Source of the DNA: Mobula hypostoma | Taxonomy: Eukaryota | DNA: 64,000 nt | Reading direction: 5' to 3' | NCBI RefSeq assembly: GCF_963921235.1 | Contig: NC_086129.1 | Coordinates: 6,634,001 to 6,698,000 of the forward strand | In this document: piece by piece, positions 49,101-61,300 of the stretch | How positions within the stretch are numbered: position 1 is the first letter of the stretch | Layout: the number at the start of each line of letters is the position of its first letter | Position numbers and translations under genes: made by a program | The notes under the pieces: model-generated | What the model was told of the DNA's origin: nothing | What the model saw: only the letters and a program-made list of their open reading frames with translations | The model's database searches: none

Positions 49101-49306
49101 ACCAAGATTCACCCTGACCCCCCTTTTCCAGTCAGCACTACCCGCACCTGTCCCATTTAACCTGTTTAAGTGCGGGTGACTTTAGGACCCGGGGGAGCTC
49201 AGGACCCGCCGCCCCGCGGCTGCTGCTGAATCCGCGGTGTTTCTGTTCCGTTGTCGGATGCGGTGAACGAGTTAAAATTAATGGATCGATAATTCTCATC
49301 TCGTGT

Positions 49307-49932
49307 TTATTTCACTCTCAGCACATTTATATTTACAGGGACTTTACTCCTGACGCCGGTCCCGGGACCCGATCCGTTTACAGAACCCGGAGTGGAACCG
49401 GAGCAGATTCTCAGCCACTGGTTTCCATCCCCAATCCGGAAGAGAGGATAAAGTTTCTCCGTGAATTTATTCCCAGTGAAGGTGTGGAGATGGGACTTGG
49501 TCTCCGCATTGTAAAATGAAACTGTCCCGGACTGGTAACTGAGATAAACTCCCACCCTCCCGGGGATGGGACCGGCAGGGAGACGGGACTCGGGGGAGGG
49601 GAGAAAACTGATCACGTCACAATCCCGATGTAACACGTCACCATCCCGCCCGATGATCCAGAATCCGGTCTCCGGACTCAGTCTGACCCGTCCCTTCCTC
49701 TCCACAGACTCTGCGGCGACTCCCAGACACCAGACCCGATTCCCCGTCACCTCCACCTCCCAGTCATGTCTCCCCGATGTGAATTCCTCCGATCCCAGCA
49801 CACAAGCCCAGTTTGTGAATCTCTTCCCGGTGTCAGGGAGATCCCTCCGGGTCCAGTTCCGTCTCACACTCTTCCGATCCTCAGACACCTCGAGATAAGG
49901 ACTCGCCGTTTCCACATCCAGGGTGACAGAGA
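49307..49932 (-). CDS. TRIM E3 ligase exon 6 (PRY-SPRY/B30.2)
   Basis: Acceptor TTCTCCCCCCAG (AG at 49934-49933); VTLDVETASPYLEVSED, SGRHDWEVEV, RVGVYLSY, KLYPLF; phase 1 matches exon 5. Confidence 0.93.
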
Positions 49933-49961
49933 CTGGGGGGAGAAGCAGAGAATTAGAGAGT

Positions 49962-50112
49962 CCCCGGGGATCGGGGGTAGACTCGGGCAGTGCAGCCCCG
50001 GGGATCGGGGGGAGACTCGGGCAACGTGGCCCCGGGGATCGGGGGGAGACTCGGGCAGCGCGGCCCCGGGGATCGGGGGGAGACTCGGGCAGCGCGGTCC
50101 CGGGGATCGGGG
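49962..50112. repeat. 34-bp GC-rich minisatellite, about 4.5 copies, at the 3' end of TRIM intron 5
   Basis: CCCCGGGGATCGGGGGGAGACTCGGGCAGCGCGG repeated. Confidence 0.95.
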
Positions 50113-50384
50113 GAAAGGCCGCTGGGCCTCAGGCGCAGTCGGGTGGCCGACATGAACCTTTCCCGTGGTTTGACCCAACGAAAGCGGATGGACAACTAAT
50201 GTCTCCCCAGGGGTTTCCGCTGGACGGAGAGCGGAGATTTCCCGATCAAACAGACACAAAATGCTGGAGGAACCGAGCGTGTCGGGCAGCATGTGTGGAG
50301 AGAGATGGACAGTCTACGTTTCAGGTCGACATCTTCCCTCAAGAACAGAAATAAATAGGGGAGATAGACAGCAGTTTAGCTTAG

Positions 50385-50592
50385 TTTAGTTTTTTTTCCC
50401 TCTTTATAAAATATCTTTTTTTCTTTTTCATGGTTGTTACGAAGAGATTGGGAGGCTAAACTACATTTGATGCTTGGAATCTGTGCTTGAACATGCTAAC
50501 CGTTATGAATGTAATCCCGATCTCTTTGTATCGTTATTATTATTGTTTAATAATTTTGAAACTTAATAAAAATATTGACAAAGAAAGAAAGA
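50385..50592 (+). mobile_element. L1 3' UTR and tail fragment
   Basis: Resembles the reverse complement of 46332-46450 (ATCTCTTTGTATC...AATAAA...AAAGAAAGAAAGA). Confidence 0.6.
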
Positions 50593-52139
50593 CAGAGGAA
50601 ACGAGTGCGAGAAAGGGGTGGATTAAGATGGGAAGGGGGTGGGTGAATGGATTTAAACAGGAGGTCACAGAGGCTCTTCGGCCCAACTTGTTCGTGCCGA
50701 CCAATTTACTTTAATGAGCGAGTCCCATTTGTCTATTATTCCCTTCCACCTTTCTTATCCACGTACCTGGCAAGATGAATTTTGAAACATTGTCACTGCA
50801 CCCACTTCTACAGTTGATCAAGGGCCTGGTGTATACAGAGAAAACCCTCTTCCCTGTCCACTATACCATGAATTGTAGTGTCATTAGCAAAGCTACTAAC
50901 GATGTCACCTACAGTATCATACAAATCATTAACAGGAATGACAAACAACCGCGGCCCCAGCACCGACCTCTGCAGGTCACAGGCCTCCAGTCCTCTGTGC
51001 TTAAGAGACACTTGGACAGACACTTCAACAAGCAGGGCACAGAAGGAGACTGACCTAATGCCGGCCAATGGGATGAACGTCGATGGGTAAATTGGTCAGC
51101 ACAGAGGTGATGGGTTGAAGGGCACATTTTTATGCTGTACGACAAAGGGCTTTGTGATTTTAACTGAACTGAATAACTGAGACCCCCCCCCGCCCCCCGC
51201 CACGGGTGCAGACAATTCCAAACTGACCCTTGACTTCTCAGACAGGGGAAACCTCCTCCCTGTATCCTGCCTGTTGAGCCCCGAAATAATTTTGTGTATC
51301 CCTGAGATCTCCTCTCATTCTTCTGAACAGGGAACAGAGAACATAGAACAGTACAGCACAGGAACAGGCCCTTCATTCAATGTTAACATTCATTTGTGAG
51401 TGTGAAGTGTGGAGTGGGGGAGTGTGAAGGTTTGAGACAGTAAAGGAGGTGATAATGGGAAACAGCAGGGGAGAGATAAACGGCAGATTGAACCAGAACC
51501 AGGTGGGGGAGGGGTGGAAAGCCTGTGGGTGAACTCTGTGTGTAGACGTAACAAGAAGGTAGCAGGGGACAAAGATGGAGATGAGGATTCCTTTGCCCCC
51601 TTTCCCACAATCTCATCACCCGCAGCCCCTCAAGAGGAAAGGGGAGGAATTTTCAGGGACACTTAAGCAACACAGGACCTGATAAAGTGTTTCAGTCTGA
51701 ACTGTCGACTATTTACTCTTTTCTTTTGATGTTTCCTGACCTACTGAGTTCCTCCATCATTTTGGGTTTGTTGCTGTGTTTTAAATATACTCAATTATTA
51801 GCCTCCACAGTTGCCTGTGGCAGATTCACTATCCCGTGGATAAAGGAATTCCTCTTCTTCTCTGTTCTAAATGGGCATTCTCTAGTCAGTGGCTGTGCCT
51901 TCTGTTCTCGACCCACCCACTATAGGAAACATCCTCCCGACATCATCTCTCTCCAGATAGGTTTCAGAGCGATCAGGCCGAGACCCTTCATCAGGACCTG
52001 TGTTGCTTGGGGAACAGCATCTGCAGATTTTCTGTGTTTCATATTTAAAGCAGAAGTTAATAGGTTCTTCATTAGACAAGGTGTCAAAAGTTATGGGGAG
52101 GAGGTAGGAGAATAGTGTTGAGAGGGATAGTAAATCAGC

Positions 52140-53640
52140 CATTCTTCTAAACTCCAGTGAGTACAGGCCCAGAACCATCAAACACTCCTCATATGTGAAC
52201 ACTTTCATTCAGGGAAACATGCTCGTGAACCTCTCCAATGCCAGCACATCTTGTCCTATATAAGGGACCCAAAGCTGCTCACAATACTCCAAGTGTGGTC
52301 TGACAAATACCTTATAAAACATCAGCATTACATCCTTGCTCCTACAATCTAATTCTGATGAATGAAAGCAAACAATGAGTTTGCCGATCTTACCACTGAC
52401 TCAAACTAAAAGTTAACCTTTAGGGAATCCTGCACAAGGACACCCAAGTCCCTTTGCATCTCAGAATTTTGAATTTTCCCTGTTAACAAAATGTTCCATG
52501 CCTTTATTCCTTCTACTAAATGCACGTGCGACTTCGCTACTCGATAATCCATCTATCACTTCTTTGCCCATTTTCCTGATCTGTCTTCCACAGCACTACC
52601 TGCCCATTCACCTTTTTTCATATCCGCTGGAAACCTGGACACAAAGGCATCAATACTGTTTGAAATCTTTCTTTGTTTGTCTTGGCTTTGTACTCCTTGA
52701 AGTATTCCAACAGATTTGTCGGGCAAAATTTCTCCTTAAAGGAATTCATGCTGTCTTTGGTCTATTTTATCATGTGCCTCCATGTACCCAAAAGCTCGTC
52801 CTTAGTACTGGACTCCAATATCTACCCAGTCACACCACATCCAGACTAACACACCGATAATTTCTCTTCCTCATCTGCTCTCCCTTCTTAAAGAGTGAAG
52901 TGACCTTTGCAGTTTTCCAGTCGTCTCGAATGATCCAGAACCTAGTGATTCTTGAAAGATCATTACTAATGCCTCCACATTCTCCTCAGCTGCCTCCTTT
53001 AGAACACACCGGTGTAGTCCAACTGGTTCAGGGGATTTATTTACCTTCAGACCTTTCATCCTCCCACGTACTTTCCCCTTAGTAATAGCAACAACACTCA
53101 TTTCTGTCCCCTGACACTCACATTTCTGACAAACTTCTTGTACAGTATCTTCCAGTGAGGATGGACACAAAATACTAAATAGATACCACGGCTATGTCTC
53201 TGTCTCCCATTCCTACCTCTCAGGCGTCATTTTCTCGGGGTCCAATAGCCACTCTCACCTGGCTTTTACTCTTTACATTTTTGTGTTCTCTTTTTCATTG
53301 TTGGCTTGATTTCCCTCATATCTTTTCTCTTCTGATTGTATTTTTGTTACTTTCTCTTGGTTTTCAAAACGTTCTCTACTCTCCAACATCCTGCTAATTT
53401 TTGCAACATTGTATGCCCTCTCTTTGGCTTTCATTCTGCCTGTGACTTCCCTTGTCAAACACAGTTACCTCATCCTCCCTTTGGAATATTTCTTCATATT
53501 CGAGACGTGTCGATCCCGTGCCTTCCGAACTGCCCCCAGAAACTCCAACCGTTGCTATTCTACCATCATCCCTGTTGTTGTTCATTTCCAACCTACTTTG
53601 GTTAGCTCCTCCCTTTGGTGCATTCAAATATAACACCTTC
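52140..53640 (-). mobile_element. Decayed CR1 ORF2 in TRIM intron 5
   Basis: LKVLYLNA and KSPEPVGLHRCVLKE...IFQESL. Confidence 0.8.
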
Positions 53641-54766
53641 AGTCCTGTATTCATCAGCCTATTCGACGCTGTCCTCATGAGCTGAAGCAAGGTCTTTGAT
53701 GTTGATGATAGACCACTGTGGGGGTATTGTCTGCATTTTTGCTGCCCCGACTCTGGAAGGGGTACGATTACACTGGACAGGAAGCTTCAGGGTGGGGAGA
53801 GTGGGGTTACAAGGACTGGGAGGCTCGGGTTAAAAGAGAGAGAGATTGGATGTGCTCGGGCTAATTCCCTGTAGTGTAGGATGTTGAGAAATGACCCCTT
53901 ATCCAACTCTATAAAACCATAAGGGGCCTGGATAAAGTGAGAATCTTTTTACCCAGGAGATAAGAGTAGAGAACCAGAGGGCTTAGATTTAAGATGAAAG
54001 GTGATCTATGGGGTAACTTTCTCAAAGAAAGGGAGAGGGAAGTGGGCAGATGGAATTTGCTGTTAGCGGAAGCTGTAGAAACAGGAGTAATTAAAATATT
54101 TTAAAATACATTTAGACAGTACACAGAGGGATATGGGACAAACACTCACAAATGGAACATGCTCAGGAAGACATCTTAGTCTAGCAGATGGATGAAGTGG
54201 GCCGTGGGTACAACATCCGTCAAACCCTCCCAGATCATCCTCCTGAGCAATCTCACCCTGGAGTCTGTCTGTGAACTGTTGATGTGACGTCACGTCAGAG
54301 GGCAGCTCAGTGCACAGAACAGACATACTGTGTAAAGACGGCAGATTTCATTCCGGAATAGGAATTTAAGCTGTCTCTTTGACTGTGTTTCACACTCTGA
54401 TGGTCTCTGTGTGTTATGGTGTTATTTGCTTTCACACCCTACAATATCATAAAATCAGTATTAATTTCCCAGCTCCTGTGGTAGGATTCAAACTCATGTC
54501 TTGGCGTGTTAGTGCAGTGGCCTGGGATCAGGACACAGTGGTTCATCTGCCAGTCCCGTGTATTGGTTGTATTGTGACCCTGTGCTGGTGTGTTCAGGGG
54601 TCTGACATCTCCAGCTGACCATGTGACAGTGACGCCCCCCAGTCGGTGGAGTTGATGTGGAATAAGCTTCAGTTCCCCTTCAGCCCGTTATTACAGCCAA
54701 TCTTTGCCTTGAATTATAACAATTGTGTTTCATAAACAAGGAGAAATGAATCTTTGTAAGTTTTAC

Positions 54767-54885
54767 CTCGATTAATGGCATCAAGTGTTTCTCTCAACAC
54801 TGTGTTCAACAAATAGAGGTGATCGAATTTTTCCACTGGTAGGGTTTCATCTGTCACTGACAATTCCTGGAAATCGTCATTAATC
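54767..54885 (-). CDS. TRIM exon 5 (119 nt, linker)
   Basis: AG at 54887-54886, GT at 54766-54765; INDDFQELSVTDETLPVEKFDHLYLLNTVLRETLDAINR. Confidence 0.88.
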
Positions 54886-54972
54886 CTGTAAATATTAAAC
54901 TGATGGTTATAAACTGTTCTTCTGAACTATTTTACAAATCCATCCAGGGTTTCAGGAAACAGCAGGTCCTAC

Positions 54973-54995
54973 CTTTTCTTCCGACGTGCTTCCTC
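54973..54995 (-). CDS. TRIM exon 4 (23 nt)
   Basis: TTTATTTCAG|GAGGAAGCACGTCGGAAGAAAAG|GTAGG; a 23-nt exon is characteristic of TRIM-B30.2 genes. Confidence 0.88.
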
Positions 54996-56323
54996 CTGAA
55001 ATAAATAAAGCACAAATCTGATTAGACTTGGACTTACATCCTGCATTTTATCCAAACCATTACAAGGTGTTGAAAATTCCCACTCCTGCAGTCACTCACA
55101 CACACGAACAATACAGAACCACGGGGTAAATTACAGGAAAGGTTTCTGAAAGCTAGGCCACTACTGAGAGGATGAAACTTGCAAGGAAGACAGGACAGGT
55201 TGTGTATTTTCATCTGGATGAGGGGTTAGGATGAGGAATTCAAATCAGTGATGGACTTGATAATAAATCCGATAAGAAATTTAGTGAAGAGGATGTGGAA
55301 CTCACTGGCACAGGAGTGGTTGAAGCGGAACAGCAGAGATTGAATGTCATGGGTAAACTAGATAAACAGATGAGGGACGGTGAAGTTCAGAGCACTGTCG
55401 CTGGGCGTGGTGAGTAGGTGGGAGGAGGCTTGCGAAGTAGGGAAATGGATAGAAGATGGACCGAATGGCCTGTTTATGATGGAAAATTGGATACAATCCC
55501 GTGTGAAACTTATCTGAAAAAGTAGAGTCGGTGAATGTTTCTGTAATCTGACGGAAACTGGATATAGCGGATAAATCTGACGTGTGGGTCACATTCTTTG
55601 TTCTCAGTGATTGACAGAGAGACCCTCACACCCACTGCACCAGACACACTCACAGTCTGTGACTGGAACTGTGTGTCAATGTGAGATTTAGAGAATATTT
55701 AATGTGATCATCAAGGACACAATAAGCTGCTCTGCGTTGTAATCAGAGTAAATCATTTCGGAGAAGATTGGATTCTGTCCTGGGATGTACAGAAGTTGTG
55801 GAAGTCCAGTTTTGGGACAATAGCAGCACTGAATAGTTGTATCAATTGTCTGGTGAGACAGTTTACTGCAGTTAGTAAATGTGTGTAGGAGCAACGCATC
55901 TGTTTTCTGTCTTCATTGTATTCTGAGTTACATGGTTATTATGGTAACTAGTCACGTGAGTGGGGTGTGGTAAAAGGAAAAGGTGAGGTATTAGTACTTT
56001 GTTCTGGGCTGTTTTGAGCTGCGGACAGATGGATGGCATACCTTTTACTGACAAATTCGTTGCAGTTTAATTTACGATTACTTACGCTAAAGTTTCATCG
56101 CTTCAAGATTGCATGTTGCTAATGAAGGACTGAATACATATCTTCGACATTTTGGAACATGATTATTGGAGTGATCGGAAGGTGCAACATACAAGTATAA
56201 CAATCTGTGCGAGGTCGCCAGCAGCGGCAATTGATTTGTTAGAAATGGTCACTGTTTACTTCAAATACACCACTGTCCATTTAGTGTCCTTTGACAGAAA
56301 TAAATTGAAATATAATTCCTCAC

Positions 56324-56557
56324 CTTGAGAAATATCACACTGTCTTTTTGATCCATCTGTTCCTTTATCTTTGAGATTTCCTCCTGAATAATCCTTATAT
56401 TCTTTTGTATCTCTCGAAGATTTTTCTCCATTGGATTCAGAATCCTCTCCTCTTCTTTCCTGAGATCCCTGAGTAAGCTCTGCTCTTTCTCAGTGATGAT
56501 CTGGCGCAGTTCAGCAAACTGGGATGTGATGTGGGTCTGAACGCTGTGTGACTGTTC
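56324..56557 (-). CDS. TRIM exon 3 (234 nt, coiled coil)
   Basis: EQSHSVQTHITSQFAELRQIITEKEQSLL...DSVIFLK|GTGAG. Confidence 0.92.
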
Positions 56558-56967
56558 CTGTCGAATGAAAGGTGATAAATTTACTGTATTGCTGTGTTGT
56601 ATTTTCCTATGACATTAAGGTGACCATTCGGTCCATTGAAGACCATGCTAGTTCTGAGAGCAATCCAGTCAACCCCATTCCCTCACGTTTTCCTGAAACC
56701 TATTCTCCCTCAATGACCCATTAACTCCCACCCGATTCACATACAGCATCCCCAAACCTCACAGGGTTAATTGTAATTAACTATTTTTCCAGCATGTCCT
56801 TGGGATGTGTCTGAAACTGTTGCGGTCACAGGGAGATCATGCAAACTCCACACAGACAGCCTCAGGGGTCAGGACCGAAACCAGGTCACTGGAGCTGCTC
56901 GGCTATTCTGCTTTAAAGGGAGCAAAACTATGCAGTAATCTCAGAAATTCCGCTCAGGAAGCCTCAC

Positions 56968-57063
56968 CCGAACTCCGGAAATCTTCTCTTTCTGTTGCTG
57001 CTCCTTTTCCTGGAAGTCTGATTTCTTTTTTGTGAGAGAGTCTAAGGAAGATTTCAACTGATC
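56968..57063 (-). CDS. TRIM exon 2 (96 nt, coiled coil)
   Basis: CTTCCAG|DQLKSSLDSLTKKKSDFQEKEQQQKEKISGVR|GTGAG. Confidence 0.92.
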
Positions 57064-57134
57064 CTGGAAGTCAGAGAGCGATGGAAGTCGAAGCAAAGAT
57101 ACAACAAAATAAACAGGCGATCAAACCGATTATC

Positions 57135-57660
57135 ACACACAAAATGCTGGAGGAACTCAATGAGTCAGGCAGCATCTATGCAGGGGAAATAAACGGTCGG
57201 TATTTCGGGATGTGACCCTTCATTAGGACTGGGAAGGAATGGGGCAGAAGCCAGAATAAAAAGGTTGGGGAAGAGAACCAGCTGACAGGTGACGGGTGAG
57301 ACAACGTGAGGGGGGACGTGGGGGAAGTGATGAAGTGAGAAGCTGAGAGGACACAGGTGGAAGAGGAAAAGAGCTGAAGGAGGATTCTGATACGAGAAGA
57401 CAATCGACCATGGAAGAAACGGGAGGAACTGGGGCTGTTTGGGGCCTGAATGGTGGCGAGGGAGGAGGTGTAGGAGTAGCACTTGCCCCGCTTGCGGGAG
57501 TCAGTGCCAGGAGGGAGATCAGTGGAGAAGAGCGGGTGGATAAGGGAGTTACGTAGAGAACGATGCCCGCAAAGAGCGGAGAGTTGTGAGGAGGGGTGGG
57601 GTTTGTCTGAGGGAGGGAAAGATATACTTGGTGGTAGAATCCCGTCGGGGATAGTGAAAG
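57135..57660 (-). mobile_element. Penelope pLTR remnant in TRIM intron 1
   Basis: ACACAAAATGCTGGAGGAACTCA...GGCAGCATCTATG; degenerate hammerhead at 57195-57230. Confidence 0.8.
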
Positions 57661-57736
57661 GTGTGGAGAATCCGTTGGTTATTGAAGCTCCTGTGGTGAT
57701 CCGGTGGAGAAAGAATCAAATTCTGTTTAGTTTTAC

Positions 57737-58147
57737 CTTATAGATTTTAACAGCTTCTTCAATCGGCATGAAGCGGTTCTCTCTGCGTTCCTGCGCATCT
57801 CTACAGACCAGACAGATCAGTGTCTTGTCCGTTTCACAAAACAGCTTCAGTTCTTCCTGATGTTCCTCGCAGTGAAGTTTACTTTCCTTCCCTTTCGGAT
57901 TCAGCTTTAGATTTCGAGCTTTTTCAGCCAGATTTGCTAAGGCCCGATTGACCCTGAGGGTGCGGTCAGCAAACACCTCTCTACATTCCGGGCAGGAGTT
58001 TCTCTTCTCCCTTTCCCAACACCGTGTGATACAAGAGCGACAGAAGTTGTGCCCACACTCCAGTATAACCGGATCGGTGAAAAAATCCAGGCAGACGGGA
58101 CAAATTACCTCCTCGGTCCAGCTCTCGGACGGTCCTTTCGATGCCAT
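57737..58147 (-). CDS. TRIM exon 1 (RING and B-box); the six exons total 1509 nt = 502 aa, zinc-binding protein A33/TRIM39-like family
   Basis: AACATGG Kozak; C3HC4 RING CPVC...CGHNFCRSC...CPEC; B-box CEEH...C...CLVC; donor AAG|GTAAAA. Confidence 0.94.
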
Positions 58148-58371
58148 GTTAACTGCTAGCACTTCCTGATTCAGAATGCTTTCACATTCGGGGAGCTGCT
58201 GATCCCCTGCAGTACCGCGATTGTCCACTACACGCGCTGCAGTACCAGGGAATGAATATTATGCAGCTGTTCCGTGTTCGGTGGGAAGAGTTCGCGGTAA
58301 TGTCAATATCAGGGTGGGTTCAGAAACGCATCAAACAGGTCGAAAATAAAAACTAGGCCATGGACTTGTTG

Positions 58372-61300
58372 CTAGGTATACATGGAGAGGTGGTAAATTG
58401 GATTAGACATTGGCTCAATGGAAGAAGCCAAAGAGTGGTAGTAGAGAATTGCTTCTGCGAGTGGAGGCCCGTGACTAGTGGTGTGCCACAGGGATCAGTG
58501 CTGGGTCCATCGTTATTTGTCATCTATATCAATGAGCTGGATGATAATGTGGTAAATTGGATCAGCAAATTTGCTGATGATACAAAGATTGGAGGTGTAG
58601 TAGACAGTGAGGAAGGTTTTCAGAGCCTGCAGAGGGACTTGGACCAGCTGGAAAAATGGGCTGAAAAATGGCAGATGGAATTCAATACAGACAAGTGTGA
58701 GGTATTGTACGTTGGAAGGACAAACTAAGGTGAACATACAGGGTTAATGGCAAGGCACTGAGGAGTGCAGTAGAACAGAGGGATCTGGGAATACAGATAC
58801 AAAATTCCCTGAAAGTGGCGTCACAGGTAGATAGGGTCGTAAAGAGAGCTTTTGGTACATTGGCCTTTATTAATCAAAGTATTGAGTCTAAGAGCTGGAA
58901 TGTTATGATGAGATTGTATAAACATAGAAACATAGAAACATAGAAAATAGGTGCAGGAGTAGGCCATTCGGCCCCTCCAGCCTGCACCGCCATTTATTAT
59001 GATCATGGCAGATCATCCAACTCAGAAACCTGCACCAGCCTTCCTGCCATACCCCCTGATCCCCGTAGCCACAAGGGCCATATCTAACTCCCTCTTAAAT
59101 ATAGCCAATAAACTGGCCTCAACTGTTTCCTGTGGCAGAGAATTCCACAGATTCACCACTCTCTGTGTGAAGAAGTTTTTCCTAATCTCAGTCCTAAAAG
59201 GCTTCCCCCTTATCCTCAAACTTTGACACCTCGTTCTGGACTTCCCCAACATCGGGAACAATCTTCCTGCATCTAGCCTGTCCAATCCCTTTAGGATTTT
59301 ATACGTTTCAATCAGATTCCCCCTCAATCTTCTAAATTCCAACGAGTACAAGCCTAGTTCATCCAGTCTTTCTTCATATGAAAGTCCTGCCATCCCAGGA
59401 ATCAATCTGGTGAACCTTCTTTGTACTCCCTCTATGGCAAGGATGTCTTTCCTCAGATTAGGGGACCAAAACTGCACACAGTACTCCAGGTGTGGTTTCA
59501 CCAAGGCCTTGTACAACTGCAGTAGTACCTTCCTGCTCCTGTACTCGAATCCTCTCGCTATAAATACCAGCATACCATTCGCCATTTTCACCGCCTGCTG
59601 TACCTGCATGCCCACTTTCAATGACTGGTGTATAATGACACCCAGGTCTCGCTGCATCTCCCCTTTTCCTAATCGGCCACCATTCAGATAATAATCTGTT
59701 TTCCTATTTTTGCCACCAAAGTGGATACCTTCACATTTATCCACATTAAATTGCATCTGCCATGAATTTGCCCACTCACCCAACCTATCCAAGTCACCCT
59801 GCATCCTCTTAGCATCCTCCTCACAGCTAACACTGTCGCCCAGCTCCGTGTCATCCGCAAACTTGGAGATGCTGCATTTAATTCCCTCATCCAAGTCATT
59901 AATATACATTGTAAACAACTGGGGTCCCAGCACTGAGCCTTGCGGTACCCCACTAGTCACTGCCTGCCATTCTGAAAAGTCCCGTTTATTCCCACTCTTT
60001 GCTTCCTGTCTGCTAACCAATTCTCTATCCACATCAATATCTTACCCCCAAAACCGTGCGCTTTAAGTTTGCACACTAATCTCCTGTGTGGGACCTTGTC
60101 AAAAGCCTTTTGATAATCCAAATATACCACATCCACTGGTTCTCCCTTATCCACTCTACTAGTTACATCCTCAAAAAATTCTATGAGATTCGTCAGACAT
60201 GATTTCCCTTTCACAAATCCATGCTGACTTTGTCCGATGATTTCACCGTTTTCCAAATATGCTGTTATCACATCTTTGATAACTGACTCCAGCAGTTTCC
60301 CCACCACCGACGTTAGGCTAACCTATCTATAATCCCCCGGTTTCTCTCTCCCTCCTTTTTAAAAAGTGGGGTTACATTAGCCACCTTCCAATCCTCAGGA
60401 ACTAGTCCATAATCTAACGAGTTTTGAAAAATTATCACTAATGCATCCACTATTTCTTGGGCTACTTCCTTAAGCACTCTAGGATGCAGACCATCTGGCC
60501 CTGGGGATCTATCTGCCTTTAATCCCTTCAATTTACCTAACACCACTTCCCTACCAACATGTATTTCGCTCAGTTCCACTATCTCACTGGACCCTCTGTC
60601 CCCTACTATTTCTGGAAGATTATTTATGTCCTCCTTCGTGAAGACAGAGCCAAAGTAATTATTCAATTGTTCTGCCATGTCCTTGCTCCCCATAATCAAT
60701 TCACCTGTTTCTATCTGTAGGGGACCTACATTTGTCTTTACCAGTCTTTTCCTTTTTACGTATCTATAAAAGCTTTTACAGTCAATTCTTATGTTCCCTG
60801 CCAGTTTTCTCTCATAATCTTTTTTCCCCTTCCTGTTTAAGCCCTTTGTCCTCCTCTTCTGATCTCTGAATTTTTTCCCAGTCCTCAGGTGAGCCACTTT
60901 TTCTGGCTAATTTGTATGCTTCTTCTTTGGAATTGATTCTATCCCTAATTTCTCTTGTCAGCATGGGTGCACTACCTTCCCTGATTTAAACTTTTGCCAA
61001 ACTGGGATGAACAATTGTTGTAGTTCATCCATGCAATCTTTAAATGCTTGCCATTGCATATCCACCGTCAATCCTTTAAGTGTCATTTGCCAGCCTATCT
61101 TAGCTAATTCACGTCTCATACCTTCAAAGTTACCCCTCTTTACGTTCAGAACCTTTGTTTCTGAATTAACTATGTCACTCTCCATCTTAATGAAGAATTC
61201 CACCATATTATGGTCACCCTTACCCAAGGGGCCTCTCACGACAAGATTGCTAATTAACCCTTCCTCATTCCTCAAAACCCAGTCTAGAATAGTCTGCTCT

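Noticed and set aside
58148-58228. 27-aa N-terminal extension of the TRIM in the ORF track
   Set aside because: It starts at GTG. The first ATG with a good Kozak context is at 58147.
58340-58356. ISRE upstream of the TRIM
   Set aside because: GAAAATAAAAACT does not fit GAAANNGAAA.
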